Source of the DNA: an uncultured Candidatus Saccharibacteria bacterium
GTDB lineage: Bacteria; Patescibacteriota; WWE3; UBA101185; UBA10185
Reading direction: 5' to 3'
DNA length: 64,000 nt
Assembly: GCA_964387275.1 (NCBI GenBank)
Contig: CAYLVW010000002.1
Location: 127,286-191,285, forward strand
The translations under genes and the position numbers were made by a program. Positions 38,123 through 47,295 of the stretch are shown here, piece after piece. Under the pieces are notes generated by a model that saw nothing but the letters and a program-made list of their open reading frames with translations, searched no databases and was not told where the DNA came from. The first letter of the stretch is position 1; every line of letters begins with the position of its first letter.

Positions 38123-38485
38123 TTAAAGCTTTGATAGTTCTTTTATCACGTCACTCACAAGAATATAAGACATTGATACAGCTAGAGCTGCTGTAACATA
38201 GGTTAACAGTTGTCTAACTTTTCCTCTAATAAATTTTGGCAGTAAATTTTGATATTTAAGTGTCCACAAGTTTTGCTGAATAAAATTATATAGAAAAAAC
38301 CAAGAGATAAAATTAACAAGACCTAAGTATCGGTTGGTAGTTTTGGTTGTAATGAACTCTAAACTGCCGAGTATCAATAACCACTCCATGTACTCAAACC
38401 ACACCTTTGCATATTTGCCATATTTGAAATATTCCTTAGCCTCAGTTTGCCAAGAATATTCTGAAGTATCTTTTATCTTTTGCAC
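38123..38485 (-). CDS. Hypothetical membrane protein (2-3 TM)
   Basis: 120-aa ORF, 62 nt downstream of the KAP NTPase gene on the same strand. Confidence 0.35.
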   Translation of the reverse strand: MQKIKDTSEYSWQTEAKEYFKYGKYAKVWFEYMEWLLILGSLEFITTKTTNRYLGLVNFISWFFLYNFIQQNLWTLKYQNLLPKFIRGKVRQLLTYVTAALAVSMSYILVSDVIKELSKL

Positions 38486-38546
38486 GTTTTAATTATAACT
38501 TAGTAAATTGAGCTCAGGACGGTGAATACTCAAGTATTCGTTACAG

Positions 38547-41474
38547 TTAGCTCTCCGTTATCTCTTCAGGTTGGTTTGTTAAAACTCTAATTTGCGATTC
38601 ATTGAATAATGATGATGCTTTGTCAGTATATTTTTCTATAACATCGGCACCAATTCCTGATTCTTTTAGGCTTAATAAATGTTGATAAAATCTCTCAACT
38701 AGTTGTGGATCATCTGCTCCCTTAGTTTTATGGGACATTTCTAGTAATTTCAACTTATGCTCTCCTGATATCTGTTCTTTTTTATCATAAAAGCTAGTCA
38801 GTATTTGTTTGTTATTATTAAATTTATAGTTTCTATCCTCAGCAATAATTATGGCGTTATCTAAGTGATTAGAACTTATAAGCCTTTCTATAATGATGTC
38901 TTTAATGGCTTCATCAAAATGTTCCTTCATGAGATTGTAGATTTCCAAAGACCTTATCGAGGCACTCAAAACATTTTCACTGTTTTTTGTAACGACTTCT
39001 TTTCTCTCTTCCTCATCGAATAAAGCATAGCCTGTTGCATAGTCTGCATCAGAAGCAAAATTAGTAAATATGGATGCCTCTAATTCGTTTGCTCTTGAAT
39101 TATGCGGATAGAGAGATATTAGTCTTGCTAATCGGTAGATATCTTTTTTTTCATTCCAAACACCTGCTTGTTTATAAAATGTGCCTATTGTTAAGGTTAA
39201 GTTTTCCATTTGCGGTTGTAGTACCACATCTAAAGTTGGGACAATCCCTTTAAAGTTCTTAAGTATCTCATATGCAAATACGATCAACAGTTTCCTTTGC
39301 TCTCTCATAGGGTTGCTAGATTCTGTAGAAAAGATTTCATCAATCTTCCTAATAAATGTTTCAATAGATTTTTTATCAAAAATCTCTAAGAACTTTTTGA
39401 TGATTTGTATCTTATTTTCGAGTAAGGATATATCATCTATGTCGGTGTTTTTAATCCCTGCAATGAATTTAATCAATGTGTCCTCGAGTATAAACTCTCT
39501 CCTATCGGAATTATCTGCAAAGATTTCTAAGTACTCAGTTTGATAGTAAGCATTATTCAGTAAGTTCCTGATTTCACTTAAATATAGTTTAAAATAATCT
39601 TTGTTTGTGGAAATATATTGGAATATGTCTACAGCATTATCTTTCGTTATAGTAGGTTCCTTATCAGGTTCTTTTGCTCTGAGTATGTCAACATATTTTG
39701 CTGCTAAAAGGTTGTTTTGGTTTGGATTAATATTATTTTTTATTGTATCGACCGTTGGTTTGATTCTAAAGTTAGGATATGTGGCTAGATTATCTAGAGC
39801 CTTAATTATGGCGTGGTAAAGCTCATTAGCTAAACGATTGTTAACATTAACAGTTTCATCTCTGTAAAAAATTTCAATACAGCACGAACTTACAGGTTCA
39901 TATCGAGTCTTTTCACCCGCTGTTCTGTTTTGCTTAACATATTCGGCAGCCAATTCAAGGAAAATGTCCAAATTCTCCTCTTTTACAAAAGATTTGAATA
40001 ACTTCTCAGCACTTTCAACATCTCTATCTTGTGCAAAGGTTATAAATTGATCCCATCCATTTAGTCTTTTTTCTTCTGCAGATTGCTTAAACGTAATAAA
40101 CAATACTAGGTTTGAGCCATACGGAACTATAGACTCAGTATCTACAAGAAACTTTTCGCCTCTTTCATTAATTATTCCGTTATCATTTTTTGCATCTTCA
40201 ACAAAACTATTCCATGAGGTGGCTTCATATAATGCTTTCTCTTTTAACTTTGCATAAGTTGCAGGGAACTTCTCTTTGATAACTAACAGTTTAGCAATGA
40301 AAGCAATATTATTTTGATCTGCGATAAAGTTAAGGTCTTCAATATTGCCTTTTGCTATTCTGCTTTGCACAAGTAGTAGTTCTGCAATTAAGTTGTTTAT
40401 AAACTGTTTTATTTCCCTAGGGCTATTTCTGTAGGAGCTTGTAATAACTGATACTAGTTGAGAGTTGTTTTGAAGTAGTGGGAATTTTGAATTCTCAATT
40501 TGTTTTGTAACAAAATGGTCAAATTCCAAACTGTATGGTTTAGGAATTCTCAAAGTCAAATTAAAGAATTTTTTCAGATACTCGTTTGCATAGTCGTTTT
40601 GTTTTGTAGAATCTTTGTTATTTCCAAGGTAAACCTGTTCTATGTGTTCCTTTATAGCCTCTTCATCACAAGGTATTAGAAATACACAGTTATTTTCTCC
40701 TAAAAAAGTTTTTATCGTTGTAAGAAATGCTGACGCTTTGTGGTGAGCAGTTCTGTCTAGGTTGTCTAGTATAAATAATATCTTCTTATTTCGTAGCCTT
40801 TTATCTGAAATCAATTTTTTGAATTCCTTTTCGAATTCATCGGGCAATGATAGTTTGTCTTTTGTTAGAGTAATTTCATCCACTACCAAAACTTTATGTG
40901 GTAAGTCAATTAATATTGGTTTGAGTAAATGTAACTCTAGTACAGATAGTGCCCCCGAAATTAGTGTTATTAGTCCCCAATTATCAGCATTTTTAAAAAA
41001 GTAATTAAAAATTAATATTACAATTACTAGAGTTAGAACAAAAAATGGTGTGAGTAAGTATAGGCTTCTTACTAACTCATGTGAACGGAACTTGATCCCG
41101 ATATCCTCTTTTTTCTCGATTGAATAGGCAAATGCTTTACTAAGTTCTTTGGCTTTTTTTTCTCCCAAAAGTTCAGTAGCCGCTGTTAGTAAAAATTGTC
41201 TTCTTAAGGAGTCATTCTCATACTTCCATACGTCAAAGTACACGACTTTTATATCTGAATTCCTTAGCTTATCCTCGATAAGCTTGGCTATTATTGTTTT
41301 GCCTGTACCCCATTTACTAAATAATCCTATGGTAAATGGAGGCTTTGCTGAAGATACTATTTTCACTAATGTATCTGCTACTTCCTCATGCCCAAAATCT
41401 ATATCTGTTAATGAAGGATCATCGGGTAATAGTTCAAAGTCTATTGTATTCTCATTGCTGTTGGATTTTTTCAT
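38547..41474 (-). CDS. KAP-family P-loop NTPase with TM helices inserted in the NTPase domain, plus a ~700-aa C-terminal helical extension
   Basis: Walker A GLFSKWGTGKT; KAP-signature YFDVWKYEND; two hydrophobic helices (LYLLTPFFVLTLVIVILIF..., LITLISGALSVL) between Walker A and B; Walker B ILFILDNLDR followed by a conserved Cys-containing segment. Confidence 0.8.
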   Translation of the reverse strand: MKKSNSNENTIDFELLPDDPSLTDIDFGHEEVADTLVKIVSSAKPPFTIGLFSKWGTGKTIIAKLIEDKLRNSDIKVVYFDVWKYENDSLRRQFLLTAATELLGEKKAKELSKAFAYSIEKKEDIGIKFRSHELVRSLYLLTPFFVLTLVIVILIFNYFFKNADNWGLITLISGALSVLELHLLKPILIDLPHKVLVVDEITLTKDKLSLPDEFEKEFKKLISDKRLRNKKILFILDNLDRTAHHKASAFLTTIKTFLGENNCVFLIPCDEEAIKEHIEQVYLGNNKDSTKQNDYANEYLKKFFNLTLRIPKPYSLEFDHFVTKQIENSKFPLLQNNSQLVSVITSSYRNSPREIKQFINNLIAELLLVQSRIAKGNIEDLNFIADQNNIAFIAKLLVIKEKFPATYAKLKEKALYEATSWNSFVEDAKNDNGIINERGEKFLVDTESIVPYGSNLVLFITFKQSAEEKRLNGWDQFITFAQDRDVESAEKLFKSFVKEENLDIFLELAAEYVKQNRTAGEKTRYEPVSSCCIEIFYRDETVNVNNRLANELYHAIIKALDNLATYPNFRIKPTVDTIKNNINPNQNNLLAAKYVDILRAKEPDKEPTITKDNAVDIFQYISTNKDYFKLYLSEIRNLLNNAYYQTEYLEIFADNSDRREFILEDTLIKFIAGIKNTDIDDISLLENKIQIIKKFLEIFDKKSIETFIRKIDEIFSTESSNPMREQRKLLIVFAYEILKNFKGIVPTLDVVLQPQMENLTLTIGTFYKQAGVWNEKKDIYRLARLISLYPHNSRANELEASIFTNFASDADYATGYALFDEEERKEVVTKNSENVLSASIRSLEIYNLMKEHFDEAIKDIIIERLISSNHLDNAIIIAEDRNYKFNNNKQILTSFYDKKEQISGEHKLKLLEMSHKTKGADDPQLVERFYQHLLSLKESGIGADVIEKYTDKASSLFNESQIRVLTNQPEEITES

Positions 41475-41567
41475 ATTAATATTAATTTCTATTCATACTA
41501 ACCGATATTATAACTCCGTTAGGTATTTTTTACTTATAAATGGCAGTTTTGGCAGGTTTACGTCTGT

Positions 41568-41984
41568 CTATAGTAATGAGGACAGTCTTCTTAGATCCTT
41601 AAGGCTTTCACAAAAAGCTCCATAGCGTTTTTCGAGCTTTGGATCGTCTTCAATAATGCTAGAAATTTCTGATGCTAATCTATCTCGCCATTTCTTTAAT
41701 TCATTCCAATCTTTCGTATCGAAATGATCTGCAACTCTCCAATCAGTAGAATTCCCAAACATATTTAGAAGAAAGTTAAAACTTCTTTCAGCAGTACGCA
41801 ATTCGGCTAACTGCTTTGCATCCAAGTGTTTTTGACTAGTTATTTCTTCTAACAAATCATCTAGAAGTTCAATATAATTAAGCAAAAATTGTTTGTATGC
41901 TATTGGGTTTTTATACATTCTAAATTCATTATAGTACAAGCATATCTGCTGTCTATCTAGGCTATAATGTAAGTATGTCAACAA
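41568..41984 (-). CDS. Hypothetical protein upstream of the KAP NTPase gene
   Basis: 138-aa ORF, 93 nt upstream of the KAP gene; diverges from the terminase-small-like gene. Confidence 0.35.
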   Translation of the reverse strand: MLTYLHYSLDRQQICLYYNEFRMYKNPIAYKQFLLNYIELLDDLLEEITSQKHLDAKQLAELRTAERSFNFLLNMFGNSTDWRVADHFDTKDWNELKKWRDRLASEISSIIEDDPKLEKRYGAFCESLKDLRRLSSLL

Positions 41985-42424
41985 TAAGACAAAGGAAAGC
42001 CATTCAAAAATTATCTGAAAACCTACGAAATGTAGATAATAAACCTATTTCTATGGGAAAAATTTTACGAGAGTCAGGTTATTCAGAGGCAGTATCAAAG
42101 AAACCGAAGCTAGTTACAGAAAGCTTAGGGTGGAAAGACCTCATAGAGTCCTACCTTCCTGACGAAAAACTGTTACAAAGCCTTGTAGAGATGCTAAACA
42201 TGCCTTCTATTACTACTGTCCGTAACGACAAAGGTAAAGTGATTAGAGAAGTCACTGAAACAAATGGGTCAATCAAGGCTAGAGGGTTGGATATGATTTT
42301 GAAAGTAAAAGGTAAGTATGTAGCGGAAAAGGTAATAACAGAAGATCCTTATGCAGACATGAGTGACTCTGAAATAGAGGCTAAGATCAACAGATTGCAT
42401 CAGGAACGCAACTCATTTAATTAG
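41975..42424 (+). CDS. Phage terminase small-subunit-like HTH protein
   Basis: N-terminus RQRKAIQKLSENLRNVDNKPISMGKILRESGYSEAVSKKP follows the terminase-small pattern (...kq..f...y.......a...AGYS..tA...). Confidence 0.35.
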   Translation: MSTIRQRKAIQKLSENLRNVDNKPISMGKILRESGYSEAVSKKPKLVTESLGWKDLIESYLPDEKLLQSLVEMLNMPSITTVRNDKGKVIREVTETNGSIKARGLDMILKVKGKYVAEKVITEDPYADMSDSEIEAKINRLHQERNSFN

Positions 42425-42964
42425 GTTATAGTTCTTGTACACATTTTCCCAATAGCCTGAAAGTTTATTTAGAAACATGGAAACTATGTCTGTGGCAATT
42501 GGATTTATAAAAAATGGCTTATCCTTTGTTCCCTTTATCAGTATTTTATCAATGTTTTTACCTAGCCATTGATTGAGAAGTATTATTGCAACTCCCTCGA
42601 GTCCTTTTTGGCGGTTACCACCGTTTTCATATGCTTCCAAGTAATCTATAACTTCTTTTACTGCATAATTCTCAGTACTCTCGGTTCTTAGACCACTCAT
42701 TATATGAAGGGCTAGTCTTTTACTTTGCTCCTGAGGAAAAAAGCTTTCTACTGAGGCTATTCCTAAAGCAATAAGAGCAAAGCTTAAGTTTAAAGCACAA
42801 AGGTTATCATCAAGGAAAACAAAGTTGTTGTTGTAAAAATTATTTTGAAAGTGTTTCTTTATTTCTAGCCATGCTTTGTCACTTCCTTTTACACAATCTA
42901 ATACAAAAGAAGCGGACGCTACTTTTTCATCTAGATTTTTCTTAGATACCAAAAAATTAAGCAT
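42413..42964 (-). CDS. Hypothetical protein
   Basis: 183-aa ORF. Confidence 0.35.
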   Translation of the reverse strand: MLNFLVSKKNLDEKVASASFVLDCVKGSDKAWLEIKKHFQNNFYNNNFVFLDDNLCALNLSFALIALGIASVESFFPQEQSKRLALHIMSGLRTESTENYAVKEVIDYLEAYENGGNRQKGLEGVAIILLNQWLGKNIDKILIKGTKDKPFFINPIATDIVSMFLNKLSGYWENVYKNYNLIK

Positions 42965-43192
42965 ATTTACATTTCCATAGTTAGGGGATTAGCAAAACAA
43001 TAAGAGCTCCCCACTAGTCTGAACCCTTTCGGGCTCACATAATCGTTTCCGACTATGACCTGATCAAGTAACTAAATGGAGAGCTTCCATTTCTTGATCA
43101 GGTTTTATCGCCATGCCTTAGACGAATCTAAAGTTTAGGCAACATTAAGTTGTGTGCTTATTTTACTACAGAATGCTTTAGAATAAAGAAGT

Positions 43193-43846
43193 ATGAAGGA
43201 TAGATATGGAAAAATGATGAAAATAGTATATACGCCTGATTTCAAGAAATGGCTTGATAAATGGAAAGCTTTTGTATCTAGTAAAAACATTCCTAGCAAA
43301 AAAGATTTACCTAACAAGTGCGAAAGTGAGTTATTAACTTTGCTTAAATCTCACAATATCGGCTATTCATGGAAAGACCCGCTGATAAATTCCCTGTTTC
43401 TTGAATTACTTGATTTACCGTTGGATGATGGTATTCACATAGAAGTAGGCGGTACGGCGATTACAGAAGTGTCTTTAACAGCTAAAACTTTTGTGGTTGA
43501 TGAGGGTAGAAAATTGGAAGGTGTGCGTATTGTTATTACTAAGGATATATCCCCTCATGAACTTAGTAGTTTCATTAAAAAATACCAAACGTTGTTACAT
43601 GGACTTTATAAGCACTTAGGATTACCTGCTTCTGTGAAAGAGGGTTATGATGTGAACATCGTTAATGCCATAGTGACTATGCGGGATAAAAAGAAAATGA
43701 AATTCAAAGATATTGCTACGTTTCTATACGACGCATATTCAGAGCAGGAAAAACCCAAACAATCCCTCGAAAGATTTAATGAAACTAATGTTCAGAAAAT
43801 ATACAGCGATTTTAAGAAGTCCCTACCAAAAACCAACAAAAAGTGA
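43193..43846 (+). CDS. Hypothetical protein
   Basis: 217-aa ORF. Confidence 0.4.
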   Translation: MKDRYGKMMKIVYTPDFKKWLDKWKAFVSSKNIPSKKDLPNKCESELLTLLKSHNIGYSWKDPLINSLFLELLDLPLDDGIHIEVGGTAITEVSLTAKTFVVDEGRKLEGVRIVITKDISPHELSSFIKKYQTLLHGLYKHLGLPASVKEGYDVNIVNAIVTMRDKKKMKFKDIATFLYDAYSEQEKPKQSLERFNETNVQKIYSDFKKSLPKTNKK

Positions 43847-43898
43847 ACTGCTTTTTGTTGTGTAGTTAACAACATCTTGCACATAACATTGCATCAAT

Positions 43899-44162
43899 AT
43901 GAAAGATGCAATGGAAATCACACAGAAAAATATTCCCGTTTCAGACTTAGGTTTAGTAGCTGCCCTGTCCTTGTCATTCCAATATGAAGCTTATAGGCAA
44001 CCAAACGACGCAAAAGTTTATTTCCTATTTGAAAATGTACTCTCGGTAAGGAAAGCTATCGAGGACTATTGGGAAGGAAATCTTATAGTTAGTGCTAGGG
44101 CTTATTCGGAACAGCTTAAAAACACTAAATCTAAGATTTATGGTGGAGCATGGAGAAACTAA
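43899..44162 (+). CDS. Hypothetical small protein
   Basis: 87-aa ORF. Confidence 0.3.
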   Translation: MKDAMEITQKNIPVSDLGLVAALSLSFQYEAYRQPNDAKVYFLFENVLSVRKAIEDYWEGNLIVSARAYSEQLKNTKSKIYGGAWRN

Positions 44163-44294
44163 GCAAAAATGCAATAGTTTCATATAGATCCATATATCAA
44201 AAAAAGTATGGTGTGTTACTACCTTTTGAAGTAGCGAGAACACAAGCTGAAAATTTATTAACCTTTCTATTTCTTAAAGCCAAGTTGAATGTAA

Positions 44295-44768
44295 ATGAAT
44301 ATGTACGAGAACCTAAAAACACCCAATAACATTAAAGAATACCCATTTACACCTATACCGCATGTGATTTTGGATGTACTTATAGCAGATAAGAGGTTTG
44401 ATAAAAATTGCCAAAAGGTCTTATTACTTATAATTCGGCTGACGTACGGTATTGACCTCAAAAAAAAGAGAAGGGGTAGGTGGGCAGATATACGTAAAAG
44501 CCAATTTAGAGCCTGTGGTATTTCCTCAACGCATATAGATCCAATTTTAGAAAAACTTCTCGCTATGGAGGTGATTAGAAAAGAACCGCCAAATTATTAT
44601 TCGATAAATGTAGATACCTTTGAAAGTTCTTTAGAGGGCTATCTGCTGTCAGATTTGTTGTGTCTGCATATTAGTCAACCGAAAGCAACTGCGGATACAT
44701 CTAGTGAAAGGCTTATAAACTTGAGTTCCCAAAATGGTATCTATTTAGAGAAGTCAGATGTGGGATAA
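44295..44768 (+). CDS. Phage replication-organiser-like protein (lambda RepO N-terminal-like winged helix)
   Basis: KVLLLIIRLTYGIDLKKKRRGRWADIRKSQFRACGISSTHIDPILEKLLAMEVIRKE parallels the Phage_rep_O N-terminal pattern (vLlaIirkTyG....w..is.sq.ae.tGls...v.ra...L...gli). Confidence 0.45.
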   Translation: MNMYENLKTPNNIKEYPFTPIPHVILDVLIADKRFDKNCQKVLLLIIRLTYGIDLKKKRRGRWADIRKSQFRACGISSTHIDPILEKLLAMEVIRKEPPNYYSINVDTFESSLEGYLLSDLLCLHISQPKATADTSSERLINLSSQNGIYLEKSDVG

Positions 44769-44907
44769 ATGTAATATTGTCAGTCAGAAATAGGTGTCGA
44801 TCCTGTTACTAAAGAAAGAAATAAATAAAAAAATAAATAAATCAAAAAAAAGTGGAAACAGTCCAACAATATTTGAACTTTTGTATTCTTTAGTATTTAA
44901 TTAATCT

Positions 44908-44985
44908 GATAACCACAATACATTAAAGTCAGGAATGACCGTTCTGTCATGCCTTTAATGGTGTGGTTATCAACAGAACGGTCAT
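44908..44985. repeat. Nested inverted repeats directly upstream of the serine recombinase start
   Basis: gataaccaca (44908-44917) / tgtggttatc (44962-44971); cattaaag / ctttaatg; aatgaccgttctg (44934-44946) / cagaacggtcatt (44973-44985). Confidence 0.6.
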
Positions 44986-46624
44986 TTTTATGCAAAGATC
45001 TAACAACAAGTATTTCTTATATGTGCGAAAGTCGTCAGAGTCCGAAGATAAACAAGTTCTTTCTATCGATTCTCAAATAAATGAACTAACAGAATTAGCT
45101 AGAAGACTTGGTTTGGATATTGTTGAAATCTTTAAGGAAACCAAGTCAGCCAAAGCCCCCGGAAGACCCGTATTTAATGAAATGATAGAAAGACTTAAAA
45201 GAGAGCATGTAGCAGGGATTCTATGTTGGAAAGTGGATAGGTTAGCGCGAAATCCTGTAGATGGAGGAACAATCATTTGGGCTATTAAGGAAGATGGTAT
45301 TTCTATAGTCTCATCATCTCAAACCTATACCCCCGACTCTGATACAAGCCTTTTGATGTATGTAGAGTTTGGCATGGCTCAAAAGTATGTCGATGATTTA
45401 TCTAAAAATGTCAAAAGAGGATTGAAGATGAAACTAGAACTTGGATGGTATCCTTTTGTCGCTCCCCAAGGCTATCTTAACACTCCCGATAGGCAAAAAG
45501 GATACAAAATTATAGTTAATGATTCTGAACGCTTTCACTTGGTAAGAAAGATGTGGGATTTAATTCTCACGGGGAGTTATACAGTGCCTCAAATACTTTT
45601 TATCGCAAACAACGAGTGGGGGTATAGAAGCATCAAGCGAAGGAGGAGTGGCGGAAATCCAATTTCTAGAAGCTGTCTTTACGAAGTTTTTACTAACCCT
45701 TTCTATTATGGTGAATTTGAAGTGAATGGAACTTTTTACAAAGGTAGTCACAGTGCAATGATAAGTTATGAGGAGTTTGAAAAGGTTCAAGTGCTCTTGG
45801 GACGTAAGGGAAAACCACGTCCGCAAAAGCACCTTTCGGCTTTTACGGGGTTTTTAAGATGCAGTGAATGTAACTGTTTTGTAACAGCAACTCACAAAGC
45901 TAAATTTTATGAGAAGACCAAAAATTTAGCTCACTACGATTACTACCATTGCACAAGAAAGAACAAATCTGTGAAATGCACTCAACCAACTGTAAAAGAG
46001 TCTGATATGGATAACCAAATGTTTGAATTACTTATGAGTGTCAGGGTTGACCCTGCATTCAAAGATTGGGCACTTACATACCTCTCAGAAATATTCAAAT
46101 ATGAAAATAAGAATAATGAGCAAGTACATGAAAACTTATATAAAGAGGAAAAAGCCATCAAATTTAGGTTAAATACTCTGTTTGAAATGCGTTTGAATGG
46201 AGAGGTTACGGAAGATGAATACAAAGAAAAGAAAGTCGAACTAGAGGCGACTCTCAAGTTTTGTAGGGAGAAAATAGGTGATTCTAACCATCAATTTGAC
46301 TCTTGGTTAAAGAAAGTAGAGGAAGCATTTAATACTGCTGAAAGAATACAAAAGGTGGTCGACGATAGTGGTAATTTGAGTCTGTCAAAAACAAACCATA
46401 CAAAGCTTTTAGAAATCAAAGAACTAATCCAACGAACAGGCTCGAACTTCTTCTTAAACTATGGGAAAGTGCAGTATGAACTGAAAAAACCCTTTTATGT
46501 ATTCAAAGATGTTTCAGATGGAAAGTATACTGATACAAGTCGGCTAGAACCTTTAGAATATGCTGATATGGTAATGAAAAGTGGACTTGAAAAACCTGAA
46601 AGTCTTTCATGGCTCCTCCGGTAG
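44963..46624 (+). CDS. Large serine recombinase (resolvase catalytic domain, recombinase domain and zinc-ribbon domain); probable true start at the ATG at 44990
   Basis: YVRKSSESEDKQ (catalytic Ser region), ...ILCWKVDRLARN, Cys cluster CSECNC...YYHCTRK, coiled-coil C-terminus; 553 aa. Confidence 0.85.
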   Translation: MVINRTVIFMQRSNNKYFLYVRKSSESEDKQVLSIDSQINELTELARRLGLDIVEIFKETKSAKAPGRPVFNEMIERLKREHVAGILCWKVDRLARNPVDGGTIIWAIKEDGISIVSSSQTYTPDSDTSLLMYVEFGMAQKYVDDLSKNVKRGLKMKLELGWYPFVAPQGYLNTPDRQKGYKIIVNDSERFHLVRKMWDLILTGSYTVPQILFIANNEWGYRSIKRRRSGGNPISRSCLYEVFTNPFYYGEFEVNGTFYKGSHSAMISYEEFEKVQVLLGRKGKPRPQKHLSAFTGFLRCSECNCFVTATHKAKFYEKTKNLAHYDYYHCTRKNKSVKCTQPTVKESDMDNQMFELLMSVRVDPAFKDWALTYLSEIFKYENKNNEQVHENLYKEEKAIKFRLNTLFEMRLNGEVTEDEYKEKKVELEATLKFCREKIGDSNHQFDSWLKKVEEAFNTAERIQKVVDDSGNLSLSKTNHTKLLEIKELIQRTGSNFFLNYGKVQYELKKPFYVFKDVSDGKYTDTSRLEPLEYADMVMKSGLEKPESLSWLLR

Positions 46625-46684
46625 GATTCGAACCTACAACCTCGAAGTTAACAGCTTCTTGCTCTACCATTGAGCTACAGAGGA
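46610..46684 (-). tRNA. tRNA-Asn (anticodon GUU)
   Basis: Reverse complement tcctctgtagctcaatggtagagcaagaagctgttaacttcgaggttgtaggttcgaatcctaccggaggagcca. Acceptor 7 bp (one G-U), D-arm gctc/gagc, anticodon loop cuGUUaa, T-arm gtagg-ttcgaat-cctac, encoded CCA. Confidence 0.8.
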
Positions 46685-46812
46685 TTAGTGACTCTAAATA
46701 TTGTTTTAAAGCAACGCTATGTTACCAAAAAGACTTTGTCGGATCAATTAGTTTGCACCACAAATTTTTAGCTTTTCTGCCTTTTAAGCATAAATAAGAC
46801 CTATAGTTTGCA

Positions 46813-47295
46813 TTGTTGACTACGTTTGGTTATAATCATTCCAGCAATCTTTTCAAGGAGAGAGAGATCGTGCCAAAGTTTTTGAAGGCTGCTGGGATGG
46901 CTTTATTTTTACTGATTTGTGGTATCACTTATTCTGAAGGTTTTGAACTGTCTCTTAGTAATCCGGAGTCAGTTAATTTAAACGCTTTGATTATTCTGAA
47001 TATCTTAGTGATATCTCTTATGCTTTTGGGATCTTACGCCTATGGAATCAAAATACGAGTCTTGTTATATGTGATAGCTATTTCCTTTGGCGTGCTTTTT
47101 GGTACTTCTTTTATTGGGCAGTTTTATGGCATGTATGTAAACTCTAATGTAAGGGTTTTGATAATCGAGGGCGGTTATTTGGGGTATTTTTTGGCTATGT
47201 TTAGTACTTTATTGCTATACATTCTTCCTTATTTAGTTGCTGTACTAAGTGTGTTTGCTGTTTACGATAGTACTTATAGGGCTGTTTCTGTTTAA
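46813..47295 (+). CDS. Hypothetical membrane protein (4-5 TM)
   Basis: 160-aa hydrophobic ORF. Confidence 0.4.
   Translation: MLTTFGYNHSSNLFKEREIVPKFLKAAGMALFLLICGITYSEGFELSLSNPESVNLNALIILNILVISLMLLGSYAYGIKIRVLLYVIAISFGVLFGTSFIGQFYGMYVNSNVRVLIIEGGYLGYFLAMFSTLLLYILPYLVAVLSVFAVYDSTYRAVSV

Noticed and set aside
44800-44880. A-rich low-complexity tract (aaagaaagaaataaataaaaaaataaataaatcaaaaaaaag)
   Set aside because: Simple homopolymeric/oligo-A run typical of AT-rich intergenic DNA; no repeat-unit structure or coding signal.
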